Part shown: positions 50,212-61,491 of the stretch, one piece after another
Layout: every line of letters starts with the position of its first letter
Position numbering within the stretch: the stretch's first letter is position 1
DNA from: Nitrospirota bacterium
Lineage (GTDB): Bacteria > Nitrospirota > UBA9217
Reading direction: 5' to 3'
Assembly (NCBI GenBank): GCA_963754875.1
Contig: CAVWHO010000015.1
Location: 128,001 to 192,000, forward strand
Length of the DNA stretch: 64,000 nt
Program-made: the position numbers and the translations under genes
Notes under the pieces: model-generated
Databases searched by the model: none
The model's input: only the letters and a program-made list of their open reading frames with translations
What the model was told of the DNA's origin: nothing

Positions 50212-51843
50212 ATGGCTCTCTCCGGCCTCTATGAAATCGGCAAATCTGCGCTCATTGCCAGCCAGACCGCGCTCGCCGTAACCAGTAACAATATCGCGAA
50301 CGTCAACACTCCCGGCTATTCCGCGGAGTCCGTGACGCTTGATATCGCGTCCCCAACCTCTACCAGTGCCGGCCAGGTCGGTAGCGGGGTGACGGCGGCG
50401 AACGTCACGCGTAACTACAACAGTTTTGTTGAGGCCCAGCTTTTGAACGAACAAAAAAAGCAGAGCATGTCCGCGTCCATGGACCAAACCTGGGGACAGG
50501 TGGAACAGGTATTGAACGACTCGCAGGGCATCGGGCTTTCGGGACCGCTCTCCAACTTCTTCAACGACTGGAGCGCAGTAGCCGCCAGCCCCGATTCTTC
50601 GGCTGCCCGTTATCAATTACTACAAGATGCGAATACGCTTGTCCAGACTGCGCAGTCGATCGCGAGCAGTATCAACGACACGGTGAACAATGCCAACGCC
50701 ACCATAACGACCGACGCCAAGCAGGTAAACACACTCGCCTCGGATATTGCATCGCTCAATCAGCAGATAGTCGCGGAGGAGGCGGGCACTAGGGGGACGC
50801 AGGCGAACACTCTGCGGGACCAACGGGACGCAAAACTCACGGCGCTTGGCAAGCTCGTCGACTTCACGTCATACGAAGACCAGAATGGATCTCTCACCGT
50901 TGTCGTTGGAAATCGGAATCTCGTGTCTGGCTACCAGACCAACCAAATGACCACGGGTTCGGACACGAACGGCAATACAACCGTGATTCTAGACAACACC
51001 GACATTACATCGAACATTCAAGGCGGCGATATCGGCGGACTCATGCAGTCCAGGAATGACATCCAAACGAAAACGCTCGCGGGGCTCAATTTGCTTGTTG
51101 CTTCGATAGCACAGCAGGTGAACAGCGTGCATACTCAAGGATTCGGCCTCGATGGATCCACAGGAAATAACTTTTTCACACTGGCCGTACCCACGGCCAG
51201 TAACGCAGCTACGGCAACAATTTCACCGCCGAAAGTGACCGGCCCGGCTGCACTCACTTCAAATGAATACATGGTGAATTTCAATGCAGCAGGCACCACA
51301 TATACCATCAGCAATAAACAGACCGGTGCAATCCTTGCGACCAACGGGTATACATCGGGGAGTGCCATTAACTTCAACGGGTTGAGCTTCACCATCACTG
51401 GCGCAGTCGCGAATACTGACAGCTTCACCATCGGGAGCCCACTTCCCACAGCCATCAACAGTTTCGGCGTTGCAATAACCGATCCTAATAAGGTCGCTGC
51501 CGCGTCAACGGCCGCAGGAGTCCCCGGGGACAACGGGAGCGCGAGCCAAATAGCTCAGCTTACAAACACAGCGATCGGTACGCTCGGAAACACCACCTTT
51601 TCAGGATACTACAGCGGTGTGGTGACCACGGTCGCATCGACCAAACTGGCAACATCTGACAGCCTTACATTCAACAATAATCTCTTGTCTCAGCTGCAGT
51701 CCAGTCGCGATTCGGCTTCGGCCGTGTCGCTCGATACCGAAGCGACCAATCTTATGCTGTTCCAGCGGTCCTATGAGGCCGGAGCACAGGTAATCAAAAT
51801 TGCCGATGAGCTTGTCCAGTCGGTCCTCGCTCTCGTTACATGA
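50212..51843 (+). CDS. flgK: Hook-associated protein FlgK
   Basis: NNIANVNTPGYS, N.LRDQRD, VSLD.E..NL..FQRSY.A. Confidence 0.95.
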   Translation: MALSGLYEIGKSALIASQTALAVTSNNIANVNTPGYSAESVTLDIASPTSTSAGQVGSGVTAANVTRNYNSFVEAQLLNEQKKQSMSASMDQTWGQVEQVLNDSQGIGLSGPLSNFFNDWSAVAASPDSSAARYQLLQDANTLVQTAQSIASSINDTVNNANATITTDAKQVNTLASDIASLNQQIVAEEAGTRGTQANTLRDQRDAKLTALGKLVDFTSYEDQNGSLTVVVGNRNLVSGYQTNQMTTGSDTNGNTTVILDNTDITSNIQGGDIGGLMQSRNDIQTKTLAGLNLLVASIAQQVNSVHTQGFGLDGSTGNNFFTLAVPTASNAATATISPPKVTGPAALTSNEYMVNFNAAGTTYTISNKQTGAILATNGYTSGSAINFNGLSFTITGAVANTDSFTIGSPLPTAINSFGVAITDPNKVAAASTAAGVPGDNGSASQIAQLTNTAIGTLGNTTFSGYYSGVVTTVASTKLATSDSLTFNNNLLSQLQSSRDSASAVSLDTEATNLMLFQRSYEAGAQVIKIADELVQSVLALVT

Positions 51844-51950
51844 GATCGTGTGGGTCACGATCAATAAGAACATAAATACGCTTTCTTAGGATTCTTTTGC
51901 TGATTTTCTCCGCCGACGAAGTCAGCGGATGTCGTGAACGGGGTAAGACC

Positions 51951-53000
51951 ATGCAAATAACCACTTCTACAATATACAATCAGATCCGAAGCGGTCTCCA
52001 AAACTTCCAAACGAGTTATTCAGATCTGACCACGCGCCTAGCGACGCAGAAGAAAATCCTTGCTCCTTCCGATGACGTCGCGGGCACAATGCGCGCCATG
52101 GATTACCAGGTAAGCATCAACAATAACAGCCAGTACAAAAACAACATAACCATGGCTTCGACGAATCTCAACCTGACAAGCACCGTTCTTACAGGGGTCT
52201 CAAGTGCATTATCGACATTAACAAATTTGACCTCGTCCAGCAGCTCAGATCCTGCCACTTTGGCTTCCTCCGCGCAACAGGCAGCGCTGGTGCGAGATGA
52301 GCTTTACGATTACGCGAACACAAATAACGGCAATGGTGGTTATCTTTTTTCAGGATTTCTTTCCAACCAGCAGCCATACACAGTCCAAAACCAGCCCCCC
52401 GGCACAGTGCCATCCACGGCGTATGTCTATAACGGCGATAATGGCGCGCTCAACGTCCCGGTCGCCCCCGGCGCAACTATGCAAGCCAATGTCACCGGCA
52501 ACGAGGCTTTCAGCTTATCCCAGAGCGCTCTTCCAGCCCAAGTCAATTTAAGCAATGGCCAAATAGTCCAATACGCTGCTGGAGCGGGCACAACCGTCAA
52601 CGTCACAATACTGCAGTCTGACGGCGTGACAGTTGCAGACACGTTTAGCTTTTCGAACATGATGGACATGGCCAATATCATCAGCTCGGCTATCGGAGCG
52701 AATAATACGTCCCGTATCGAAGCAATGGCCCAGCCACTGAGTAAGATGCTGGACCAAGTGAATGCTAGCGAGGCTCAAGTCGGTACTCGGATAAATGCTC
52801 TTACTGACCAGTCGTCCCAACTAGACCTGAGCACGAATACCCTGGAAAACGAGCTCTCTTCGGTCCAGGATGCGAACACGAACGAGATTTCACTCCAGCT
52901 CACGCAGACCGATACGGCGCTGAAAGCCCTCTATTCGACAGCAGCACAGCTCCTCCCCCAGTCACTCATCAGTTTTCTATCAACAGGGTCAGCTGGATAA
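51951..53000 (+). CDS. flgL: Hook-associated protein FlgL
   Basis: T.KKI..PSDD, YLFSGF, YNGD, VG.R.N; follows flgK. Confidence 0.92.
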   Translation: MQITTSTIYNQIRSGLQNFQTSYSDLTTRLATQKKILAPSDDVAGTMRAMDYQVSINNNSQYKNNITMASTNLNLTSTVLTGVSSALSTLTNLTSSSSSDPATLASSAQQAALVRDELYDYANTNNGNGGYLFSGFLSNQQPYTVQNQPPGTVPSTAYVYNGDNGALNVPVAPGATMQANVTGNEAFSLSQSALPAQVNLSNGQIVQYAAGAGTTVNVTILQSDGVTVADTFSFSNMMDMANIISSAIGANNTSRIEAMAQPLSKMLDQVNASEAQVGTRINALTDQSSQLDLSTNTLENELSSVQDANTNEISLQLTQTDTALKALYSTAAQLLPQSLISFLSTGSAG

Positions 53001-53041
53001 TCTTCTCCAACCGAGTAGCGCCAGCCTTTATCGAACTCCAT

Positions 53042-53076
53042 AAAAAAAGGCCCCTATACTATGGGGGCCTTTTTTT
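53042..53076. terminator. Bidirectional Rho-independent terminator
   Basis: A7-GGCCCC-loop-GGGGCC-T7 between convergent genes. Confidence 0.88.
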
Positions 53077-53095
53077 GTAGGTACTTTTCGTCCTC

Positions 53096-54964
53096 TCAGA
53101 GGAACAGTCCTTCGACGATTTCCGAGTTCACCCGGTGGATCCAGTGGAGGATGTCGTACTTTGCCGGCTTCCGGCAGGTCTTCAAAACAGAGCCCGACAT
53201 AGTAGGCCCTGTCCTGTTTTCTGGCGTGATAGACCGTGGCGCGGACCGTGATGTTGCCCAGCGCGATCATGTTGAAGTTGACGTTCAATTTGGAGCCGAT
53301 GCCGATCGGGCCGCCGACTTCCAGAAGGCAGCCGGCCGGGCCGATGTTCTTTACCACGGCGGCGTTCGATTCATCGGAAAAACCTTCGAGCGAATAGGTC
53401 ACCGACGCGTCCGTGGCCTTTCTCATGAACCGCCTGGTCCCGCCTTTGACGGCCACGGCTTCGGCGATGCTGATCGGATGGTCCTTTCCCTTTACCATGA
53501 CCGGTGACAGTTCTTTCCAGGTCGCCTGATCGCCGATCTCATCGGCGATGATCTTGCTGACCAGCACCTGTCCCGGCTGCGCAACGCCGCAGAGCCGCGC
53601 CGCGATATTGATGTTGTCGCCGATCACCGTATAGTCCATGTGGTCTTCCGAACCCATGTTGCCCATGACGACCTCGCCGCTGTTCAGGCCGATGCCGATG
53701 GCTGATCTGTTTTTCCCCGGCCGCCGCCCTCGCCGCGTTCAAGGCCCTGCAGTAGCTCTGGATCTCCACCGCCGCGCGGACCGCGTTGATCTCCATGCCC
53801 TTCCCTTCGAAGATGGCCATGACCTCGTCGCCCACGAATTTATCGACGATCCCTCCCCAGTGATGGATGACCGTGGTCTGCAGGTTCAGATAGATGTTCA
53901 TGAGACTGACCACGTCCTCGGGGCTCATCTTCTCGGACAGGGACGTGAAACCGCGCGCGTCGGAGAACAGGGCGGTCACGTACTTCCGCTCGCCGCCCAG
54001 CTTCAGCTGCGTCACGTCCCGGTGCTCCTTGATGGAGAGGACCGTTGACTGGGACAGATATTTTTCCATGAGGAGCTTTTCCCGGAGGCTCAGGATCATC
54101 TGGTTGAAGACGTTGGTCAATTTCCCGATCTCGTCGTCGGAGGGGACCGCGACCAGCTTGCGCAGGTCCCCGCGGGCGACGACCTGGATGCCTTCCTCCA
54201 GCGAATCGAGGGGTTTCGTGATCATCGCGGGCGAGCGCGAAGGAGACCAGCAGGCCGACGACGACGAAACCCAGGGCGACCCAGAGATAGGTGATTTTCT
54301 GTTCGCGGATCGCTTCGTTCAGCGCTTTTTCGGAAAGCCCGATCCGCGCGACGCCGAGCTTGAGTTTTTTCGTCTGCAGCATGATGGGGATCGAGGCGTC
54401 CAGAACCGAATCGTTGTTCAACACCGTCTCCTGGAACAGGAGCGCATCGGCCTTCAAAGCCGCCTTATCAGCCGCTTCGGAAAAGACTGCCCCCTTCTTC
54501 GAAAAATCGCTGTGCGCAAAGACGCGTCCCTCGTCGTCGATGACCATGGCATACACGACGCCTTCTCGCTTCTGGATGTCCGTGATGGTGGAAAAGACCG
54601 GCAATTCCTGTTTGGTCAGCAGGCCTTCCTTGCCCACGTTCGCAAGCTGCTGGACCAGGACGGCAGCCCGGCTGTTCAGTTCATTACGAAGGATCGCATT
54701 CTGGCGGGCAAAGGTCACGACGCCGAGAGAAAGAACGGCGAGGCTCAGGACCATGATGAGCGTGCCTGCAATCTTATAGCGGACCTTGATCGAGGAAAAG
54801 AAACGGAACAGCCAGGAATGGCGGAGCGGTTGCTGGACAATCGGCTTTGCCGGTGCAGGCGCAGCTACTGCGCTCCTTTTGTCAGGAGGAGTTTTCTGCA
54901 CGTCCGTTGCCGGCCCTGCGGCACCTTCGTTTTCGGCAATATTATTTCCGCCGTCGTCGCTCAT
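53096..54964 (-). CDS. Membrane class III adenylate cyclase (2TM, periplasmic sensor, HAMP, cyclase, C-terminal PilZ); +1 frameshifts ~54226, ~53700, ~53165
   Basis: FSDARGFT, DKFVGD, DYTVIGDNINIAARL across three ORF fragments; RRFMR ... NIGPAG PilZ-like tail. Confidence 0.85.
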
Positions 54965-55317
54965 TTGGATTCAAGTTCGTTCAGCGTTTTCAATATCTTT
55001 TCAATCTTTCTGAGGTTCTCCTGGGCCTTAATCCCGAGAGCGGTATGCGGGCCGAGATCAACGACCTCCTCAAAGGCCCCCTTGGCGTTTGCATAGTCCT
55101 CCGCGGAATAATATTGAAGGCCCTCGTCATAATAACGCTTCTGAGCCTTCGCATCAACCGGCCTCTGCTGCGGACGGACCACCCGTTTGGGGTGCCGCGG
55201 TGGCGGCGGAGGGGCTTGCGGCGCCGTAGCACAGCCGGCAACGATGAGGAACGCAGCGCCGTACAACAACAGTTTGCGAAACGCTGTTTCTGTCAACACG
55301 AACTTCCTTGATATCAT
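54961..55317 (-). CDS. Small TPR lipoprotein
   Basis: Lipobox VAGC, Pro-rich linker, one TPR-like unit; ATGA overlap with the cyclase. Confidence 0.8.
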   Translation of the reverse strand: MISRKFVLTETAFRKLLLYGAAFLIVAGCATAPQAPPPPPRHPKRVVRPQQRPVDAKAQKRYYDEGLQYYSAEDYANAKGAFEEVVDLGPHTALGIKAQENLRKIEKILKTLNELESK

Positions 55318-55606
55318 GTAACGTGCTTCCTCTCTGTTACGGAAAAAGAAACCAGAACACGCCGTTTGTTGTGAATAACCCGCATCCTGTTTGTTTCGCG
55401 TGGGAATTGAACCGTGCGCCCAGAGGGGACATGGACGGAATTAAAATTTTCTGGACAAGCATATCACACGAGATTCGCTGTTGTCAACGTGATTGCGCAA
55501 CTGGTCCGGGCAGCCGGCCAACCTAAAACTTTTTTCCTGTGCGCTCGGAAAGCACCGACAGCCCGTGCGGAAACGCGGCACTGCAGGCAAGAGATTGCAC
55601 GCCCCT

Positions 55607-56455
55607 TCAGCCCTGCTCCCTGCCTGCGGCCTCCCGTGCAAGCATCGCTTTTTTCCGCGCAATGCCCCATCTATAGCCGCCCAGTGCGCCGCTCTTCTGC
55701 AGAACGCGGTGGCAGGGAATGAGGTATGCTACCGGGTTATGGGCCACGGCATTCGCGATTGCGCGCACGGCTTTCGGCTGTTTGATGGTCCTGGCGATGT
55801 CCGAGTAGGACACGATAGTGCCGCGCGGGACGGTGAGGAGCGCTTGCCAGACCTTGAGCTGGAAATTCGTGCCCACGAGGTGGATCGGAAGCGCGCCTTT
55901 CGGATACCTGGAGTTGAATATGCGGTCGACATAGGGCCGGGTGCGCGAAGGGTCCTCGGCAATATCGGCGAGACGCCATTGTTTCCTCAGGTCAGCGACG
56001 ATCTTTTTTCGATCTGCCGGTCCTGCAAAGGCGAGATGGCAGATCCCCCTCCCCGTTACTGCCACGAGACATTCGCCAAAGGGGCTCGGATGGACGCCGT
56101 AGAAGATCTTCACGTGCAAGCCGCGCTTTTTGAACTCGCCCGGCGTCATCGCTTCGCTGTTCACGAACAGGTCGTGTAGCCGGCCCGCGCTCGACAGGCC
56201 GCTTTTATCCGTGACATCAAGCAGGTTTGCAGACTCGTCCATGACCTGCTTTGCGTAGGAAACGGTCAAAAGCTGCAGGAACCGCTTCGGGCTGATCCCG
56301 GCCCAGCGCTTGAAAAGCCGCTCGAAATGGTACTCGCTCAGGTGGACCGCCTGGGCGATTTTCTTTAGATCAGGCTGCTCGCGGAAATGTTTCTCCAGGA
56401 AGAGAATGGCCTTTTCAATGCGCTCGTAATCTTTTGCCAGTGATTCTCGGTTCAT
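55607..56455 (-). CDS. ada: AraC-HTH + O6-methylguanine-DNA methyltransferase (Ada-like, no Zn domain)
   Basis: LS.YHF.RLFKRWAGISPK, GTNFQ.KVW, IPCHRV, GGYRWG. Confidence 0.93.
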   Translation of the reverse strand: MNRESLAKDYERIEKAILFLEKHFREQPDLKKIAQAVHLSEYHFERLFKRWAGISPKRFLQLLTVSYAKQVMDESANLLDVTDKSGLSSAGRLHDLFVNSEAMTPGEFKKRGLHVKIFYGVHPSPFGECLVAVTGRGICHLAFAGPADRKKIVADLRKQWRLADIAEDPSRTRPYVDRIFNSRYPKGALPIHLVGTNFQLKVWQALLTVPRGTIVSYSDIARTIKQPKAVRAIANAVAHNPVAYLIPCHRVLQKSGALGGYRWGIARKKAMLAREAAGREQG

Positions 56456-56579
56456 GGTAAATACCTCATCTTGATGTTATCATAACGCGGTGTGTATGCC
56501 GACACAACCCGATTCTTGCTCTTTTTGGGACCACCAAAGGCTGTCATCGATGAAAGCTCCAGAAAGATTCTCGTACTTT
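56220..56579. repeat. 360-bp direct repeat, copy 1 (ada 5' end + upstream region)
   Basis: Appears identical by eye to 61496-61855. Confidence 0.93.
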
Positions 56580-56763
56580 CGGGGAATTGCTGGTATCTCA
56601 GGAGTGATATCTTTTCAGCAAAAGAATTGAATATCGCAGAAGGCGAATGTCAAGAGTAAAGACCTGTATAACCATATAAAGGGCACCTCCAGAGCATACC
56701 AGAGTGGTTAAGCTCTGATATGCTCTTGGGAGAAGAGACCAATCTTATCCCAGGAGGTGCTTT

Positions 56764-57792
56764 ATGAGATTGTACACAGGAATTGATCTACATTCAAGCA
56801 ACAGTTATCTGGCGATCATCGATGAAACTGGTAAACGGGTGTTCAAAAAGAAGCTTCCCAATGATCCGGAACAAATTCTTTCCGCTCTCGCACCATACAA
56901 GGATACGATTATCGGCATCGTCATCGAGTCCACGTACAACTGGTATTGGTTGGTGGATGCACTCATGGCAGAAGGATACAAGGTGCATCTCGCAAACCCT
57001 ACGGAGATCAAGCAATATAAGGGGCTCAAGTATTCAGACGATCAGCATGATGCCTTCTGGCTGGCCGAGATGCTGCGGCTCGGGATCCTTCCCGAAGGCT
57101 ACATTTACCCGAAAGAAGATCGACCAGTCCGTGACTTGTTACGCAAACGAAGCCATCTCGTAAAGCTCAGGACCTCGCTCATCATCAGTTTGCAGAACAT
57201 CATTTGCCGTAACAACGGGTTCCGGCTCAAGACGAACGACGTCAAGGCATTGAAAACGGATCGCGTTGCGCCGTTTCTTGAGCAGAACGAGGACCTGGCC
57301 TTGGCCGGCAAGATCAGCAAGGAGTCCATAGATTTTCTGACGCTCAAGATCAAAACGGTTGAGAGCATCATAGAAGACAGAATGGAGCTGCGCGAACCAT
57401 ACAAAAATCTCCTCACGTTGCAGGGAGTGGGTAAAACGTTGGGACTTACCATCATGCTGGAGACCGGCCCGATCAGCCGCTTCTCGCAAGTCGGCAACTA
57501 TTGCTCCTACTGCCGGAAAGTTTCAACCAAATGGATCAGCAACGATAAGAAAAAGGGCAAAGGGAACAAGAAAAGCGGCAACAAGTACCTGGCATGGGCC
57601 TTTTCCGAAGCTGCCGAGATCGCCCGACGCTATTATCCGGAAGCCCGGGCATATTACCAGCGCAAGATGCAAAAGACCAACGCCATGATAGCCCATCAAG
57701 CCCTGGCCCACAAACTGGCGCGGGCAGCGTATTACATCATGCGAGATGGAGTTCCCTTTATGCCGGAGAAAATCTTTACACAAAGTTCATAG
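56764..57792 (+). CDS. IS110-family DEDD recombinase/transposase
   Basis: GIDLH, IEST, SDDQHDA (DEDD); GVG HhH, GNKYL.WA..EAA, A.AHKLAR. Confidence 0.95.
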   Translation: MRLYTGIDLHSSNSYLAIIDETGKRVFKKKLPNDPEQILSALAPYKDTIIGIVIESTYNWYWLVDALMAEGYKVHLANPTEIKQYKGLKYSDDQHDAFWLAEMLRLGILPEGYIYPKEDRPVRDLLRKRSHLVKLRTSLIISLQNIICRNNGFRLKTNDVKALKTDRVAPFLEQNEDLALAGKISKESIDFLTLKIKTVESIIEDRMELREPYKNLLTLQGVGKTLGLTIMLETGPISRFSQVGNYCSYCRKVSTKWISNDKKKGKGNKKSGNKYLAWAFSEAAEIARRYYPEARAYYQRKMQKTNAMIAHQALAHKLARAAYYIMRDGVPFMPEKIFTQSS

Positions 57793-58170
57793 GCTGGCTG
57801 GGACGGTGAACCTTGCTTAGGGTTGGCAAAAAACCACGAGACCTGATTGGTAATCCGTCCCACCCTTTTATAGCGTTATCAGCATCTTTACTGCCCATGC
57901 CGCGAGCCATCATGGGGCTGGTTAACAACCATAAGACTTGTACATACTCCTGGACACGGCATGGAACCGAAGATTTTCTGGTCCGCCATAAGGCGGAAAG
58001 GGTCATGGATAAAAAGCTTCACCAATGACCTTAATCCCGATGGGTGACTGGTGCAGTGAAGACTGACACCGAAACCGAATGAAACTGCGGCAATGGTAAT
58101 GATGAAGATAACGAAAAGGCTCGGCGAGAAACATTCGTTTCTCGCCACAAGATAGCTTTTTCCGCTTGAC
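57793..58170 (+). ncRNA. Candidate bridge/seek RNA of the IS1111-group element
   Basis: About 380-nt structured 3' non-coding end containing a target-like GAGACCTGA and a donor-like ATGGGTG. Confidence 0.55.
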
Positions 58171-58419
58171 GGTGCCCTTTAAATGGGTGACCTGAGATGT
58201 TCATCTGGTATTCTCCGCGTACTCCGTTTATGGCCGCGTTTTGGACACAGCAGGCTTACACCTCCGCGGGAAACGTCTCTTCTTCTTAATTCATCCTTCC
58301 TACGTCTTACTTCCTGCTTCTTAATTTAATAAGGATTCATTTGCCGAGCAGGGCCATGATGCGTATAATAGAAAGAAAATGGGTCGAATCCAGCTTCATC
58401 TTCCCCGGAAACGCCATCC

Positions 58420-61400
58420 ATGATAAAACTGAAACGAAAGTATTTCTGGTGCGCCTCTATTACGGGTTTTCTGACGATCCTGGTGATCGCCATGACCGTA
58501 GTCGTCCCGATCTACCTGAATTCCGCGGCTGTAAAAAGTAGGATCAAGACCGCGGTGGCGGAGAAGCTCGGCGGGAAAGTTTCCTATGGGAAGATCGATA
58601 TTTCTCTGTTCCCCCGGCCCCAGGCAACGATCGAAGATCTCAGCCTGGCCTATCCCCATACGTTCAGAGGCACGCTCCGGTCCCTCAGCATTGCCCCGCA
58701 GATCCTTCCCCTTCTGAGAGGCCGCGTCCAGTTCTCCAAGATACGGATCCAGGAGCCCGACTTCAGGATCATCATGCCTGTTGCGAAGCCGGACACGACA
58801 TCCGAGGCCCCAACCCTGGAGGAAGTGAAAGCGAACATCAGGTCTGTGCTCGGCTATCTGCAGATGATAGGCCCCAGACTTGTTGTCGAGATGGACAACG
58901 GGAAATTTCTCCTGAGGAGAAACCACAGGGATTTTCTGTCCCTGAAAAATGTGGCCGTTCATTTCAATGCCCCGCCCGGCGACATGCACGTCCTGGTCAA
59001 GGCCGGCACGGACCAGTGGGGAGATTTTACCCTGAGCGGAGCCTACTCCTTTACCGAAACCCAAACGGAGATCCGGGATGTGACCTTGTCCCTGGGACAC
59101 TCCAGCCTCACGAACTTTTCCGCGCTCCTCTTCTGGGACCGCAATCCGCGCATTGAAATTCGTTCCGGCAAGGCCGAGTTTGCGCTGAAGGAAATCTATA
59201 CCTGGCTCAAGTCATCAGACAGCCTGACCCCCTTTATGAAAGAGCTGTCGTCCTTAAACGGCACGCTCTCGATCACGTCCATGCAGGGACGGGGGTTGAT
59301 CTCCGAGCCCGAGAAATGGCGTCTGCGGCTGATTGGCGAAGCTCGTCATATCGAATTCTCGTCCCCGCGGCTTCCCGCTCCCGTTATGGTCAATTACTCG
59401 TTCACCGTCGAGGACAATCTGCTGGAAATAACCGAATTGTCGGCGCGCATGGGCACGTCTTCCCTGTCTCATGTGTCCGCGCTTCTTACCGGACGGGACA
59501 ATCCCGTGCTCGAGCTCCGGAGCGGCAACGCGGCCATCAATATCACCGAGATCTTCGGTTGGCGCACCTGGCATCCGGCATTGGAGCATCTTCTCGAAGG
59601 AGTGGACACCCTGGCCGGAAAGTTCACCCTGACCGCGCTTAGGATCAACGGGCACCTGTACCGGCCCGAGACATGGAGGATCATGGCCAGCGGCGTGCTG
59701 GATCGCATCGTCTTTCATGCGCCGATACTTCCTGGCCAGATCAGCCTGGTGCAAGGAACGTTCAGCTATGTTCCCGACAAACTGTCTTTCAGCCTGAAGC
59801 AAGCCTCGATCCTCGACTCGACCATAACCGGCACCGCCGTGGTGAGCAACATCACCACGACCGTGAGCGACGTGGACCTGACGCTGAACGGCAGTTCAGG
59901 CAGAAAGACCGTTGACTGGGCCTTTGAGAACCTCAAACTGCCCCCCGAGCTCATGGTCAAGACCCCCCTTGCTCTTTCCGATGCCCATCTGGTCTGGCAG
60001 CGGAAAAAAGGCGTCTCCTTTTCCGGGACCGCGTCCGTAGCAAAGGGACCGAAGTTCGACCTGGACCTCTCCCAGCAGGGCACGGATCTGGCGGTCCATA
60101 AACTCACGATCAGGGACCAGGAAACAAAGGCGTCGTTCACCCTGAACTGGCAGAAGCAGGCGGCGGACTTCTCCTTCTCCGGTCTTCTCGCGGAAACAAC
60201 CTTGAGCAGGATATTCGAGCAGGGAACCTTCGGGAGCGGGACCATGCAGGGCGACCTTCATTCCAAGGTCCGCACTGACGAGCCGCTCAAGTCGCGGATA
60301 CGGGGAAGCCTTACAGGCAGCGATCTGTTCATTCCCTGGGGAATGCCGATCCCGACCACGGTGAACAAGTTCGTTCTCCACGCCGAGGACGACGTGCTCA
60401 CCGTCGACTCCGCGGACGTGACCTGGGGCAAGAATCATCTCTTCCTGACCGGGGCCGCGACCACGTCGGACGAGGGACTTGCCTTCGAGCATGACGCTCA
60501 CTGCAGACGGCATTGATATCCAGACGATCCAGCAGGCCCTGAAGCAGTCAGACAAGAAAACCGCACCTGTCCCCCCGACCGAAGAGAAAGAGAAGGTGAG
60601 GTCGTTCCCCCTGCCGCCCTATCGGGGCTGACTTCACCGCCTACTCGACGTACGTCAAGTTCGGACGCTTTACCCTGGCGCCCGCGCACGCCGTCATGAC
60701 CGTGGAGCCCGGCAAGGTGGGCATGGAGTTCAACAATACGAAGACGTGCGGAGTTTCTTTGGCAGGCGCGGTCCTCATGTCCGGGGCAACCATGTCGTTC
60801 ACCTTTACGCCCTCGGCAAAGGCGGAGCCCCTGGAGCCGACCATCGACTGCCTGACCGGCAAGGAACTGCACATAACCGGCGACTATGACCTGACTGCGG
60901 ATATTCAGTCCCACGGAACAGGCACGGACATGCTTTCCGCCCTGGAAGGCCGGGTGGATTTCAAGGCGCGGAAGGGAAAGATCTATCAATACCCGACGCT
61001 CGCAGAAAGTACTGTCCGTTCTGAGCGTGCTCGAGATCTTCCGCGGGCGGATCCCGGACATCGGGGGAAACGGCTTCCCCTACAACTCCATGGCGCTCCG
61101 GGGAGACATTCACAAGGGCGTATTCACGATCGAAAAGGCCTACATCGGCGGGCAGTCGCTGGACATCATTGCGGAGGGAGAGGTCGATCTGGGGAAACAG
61201 AAGATCGACGTGGTCGTGCTCGTGGCGCCGTTCTCGACGATCAACTGGCTCATCAGGCACACGCCGCTCCTCGGCACGATCATGGGAGGCACGCTCATCT
61301 CGATCCCGACCCGCGTGTCCGGCGATCTGACCAATCCTGACGTGGTCATTCTCTCCCCCACGGCCGTGGGGGGGAGAATAGTGAATCTTCTGAAAAATAT

Positions 61401-61461
61401 CGTCACACTACCTGTTGAAATCATCTCGCCGATCTTGCCGAAGGAGGAGAAGAAGAAGTGA
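58420..61461 (+). CDS. AsmA-like (YhdP-type) envelope protein; frameshifts ~60489, ~60590-60650, ~61005
   Basis: N-terminal TM anchor, beta-rich body, AsmA_2-like C-terminus (GEVDL, V.GDL.NP.V). Confidence 0.8.
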
Positions 61462-61491
61462 TGCGCAGAAGACTTGAGGAGGGCTTGAGAG

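Larger units (their letters stand above)
56665..58189 (+). mobile_element. IS110-family element, IS1111 group
   Basis: Sub-terminal IRs CCATATAAAGGGCACC (56672-56687) / GGTGCCCTTTAAATGG (58171-58186), long 3' non-coding end, TG at both junctions. Confidence 0.88.

Noticed and set aside
53000..53096. csrA-fliW or fliC expected after flgL
   Set aside because: Absent; a terminator follows flgL directly. Flagellin, motAB, flgBC and fliE-J are also outside this window, so no loss can be inferred.
57776..58148. Short ORFs in the IS110 3' end
   Set aside because: No RBS or motif support; better explained as the non-coding guide-RNA region.
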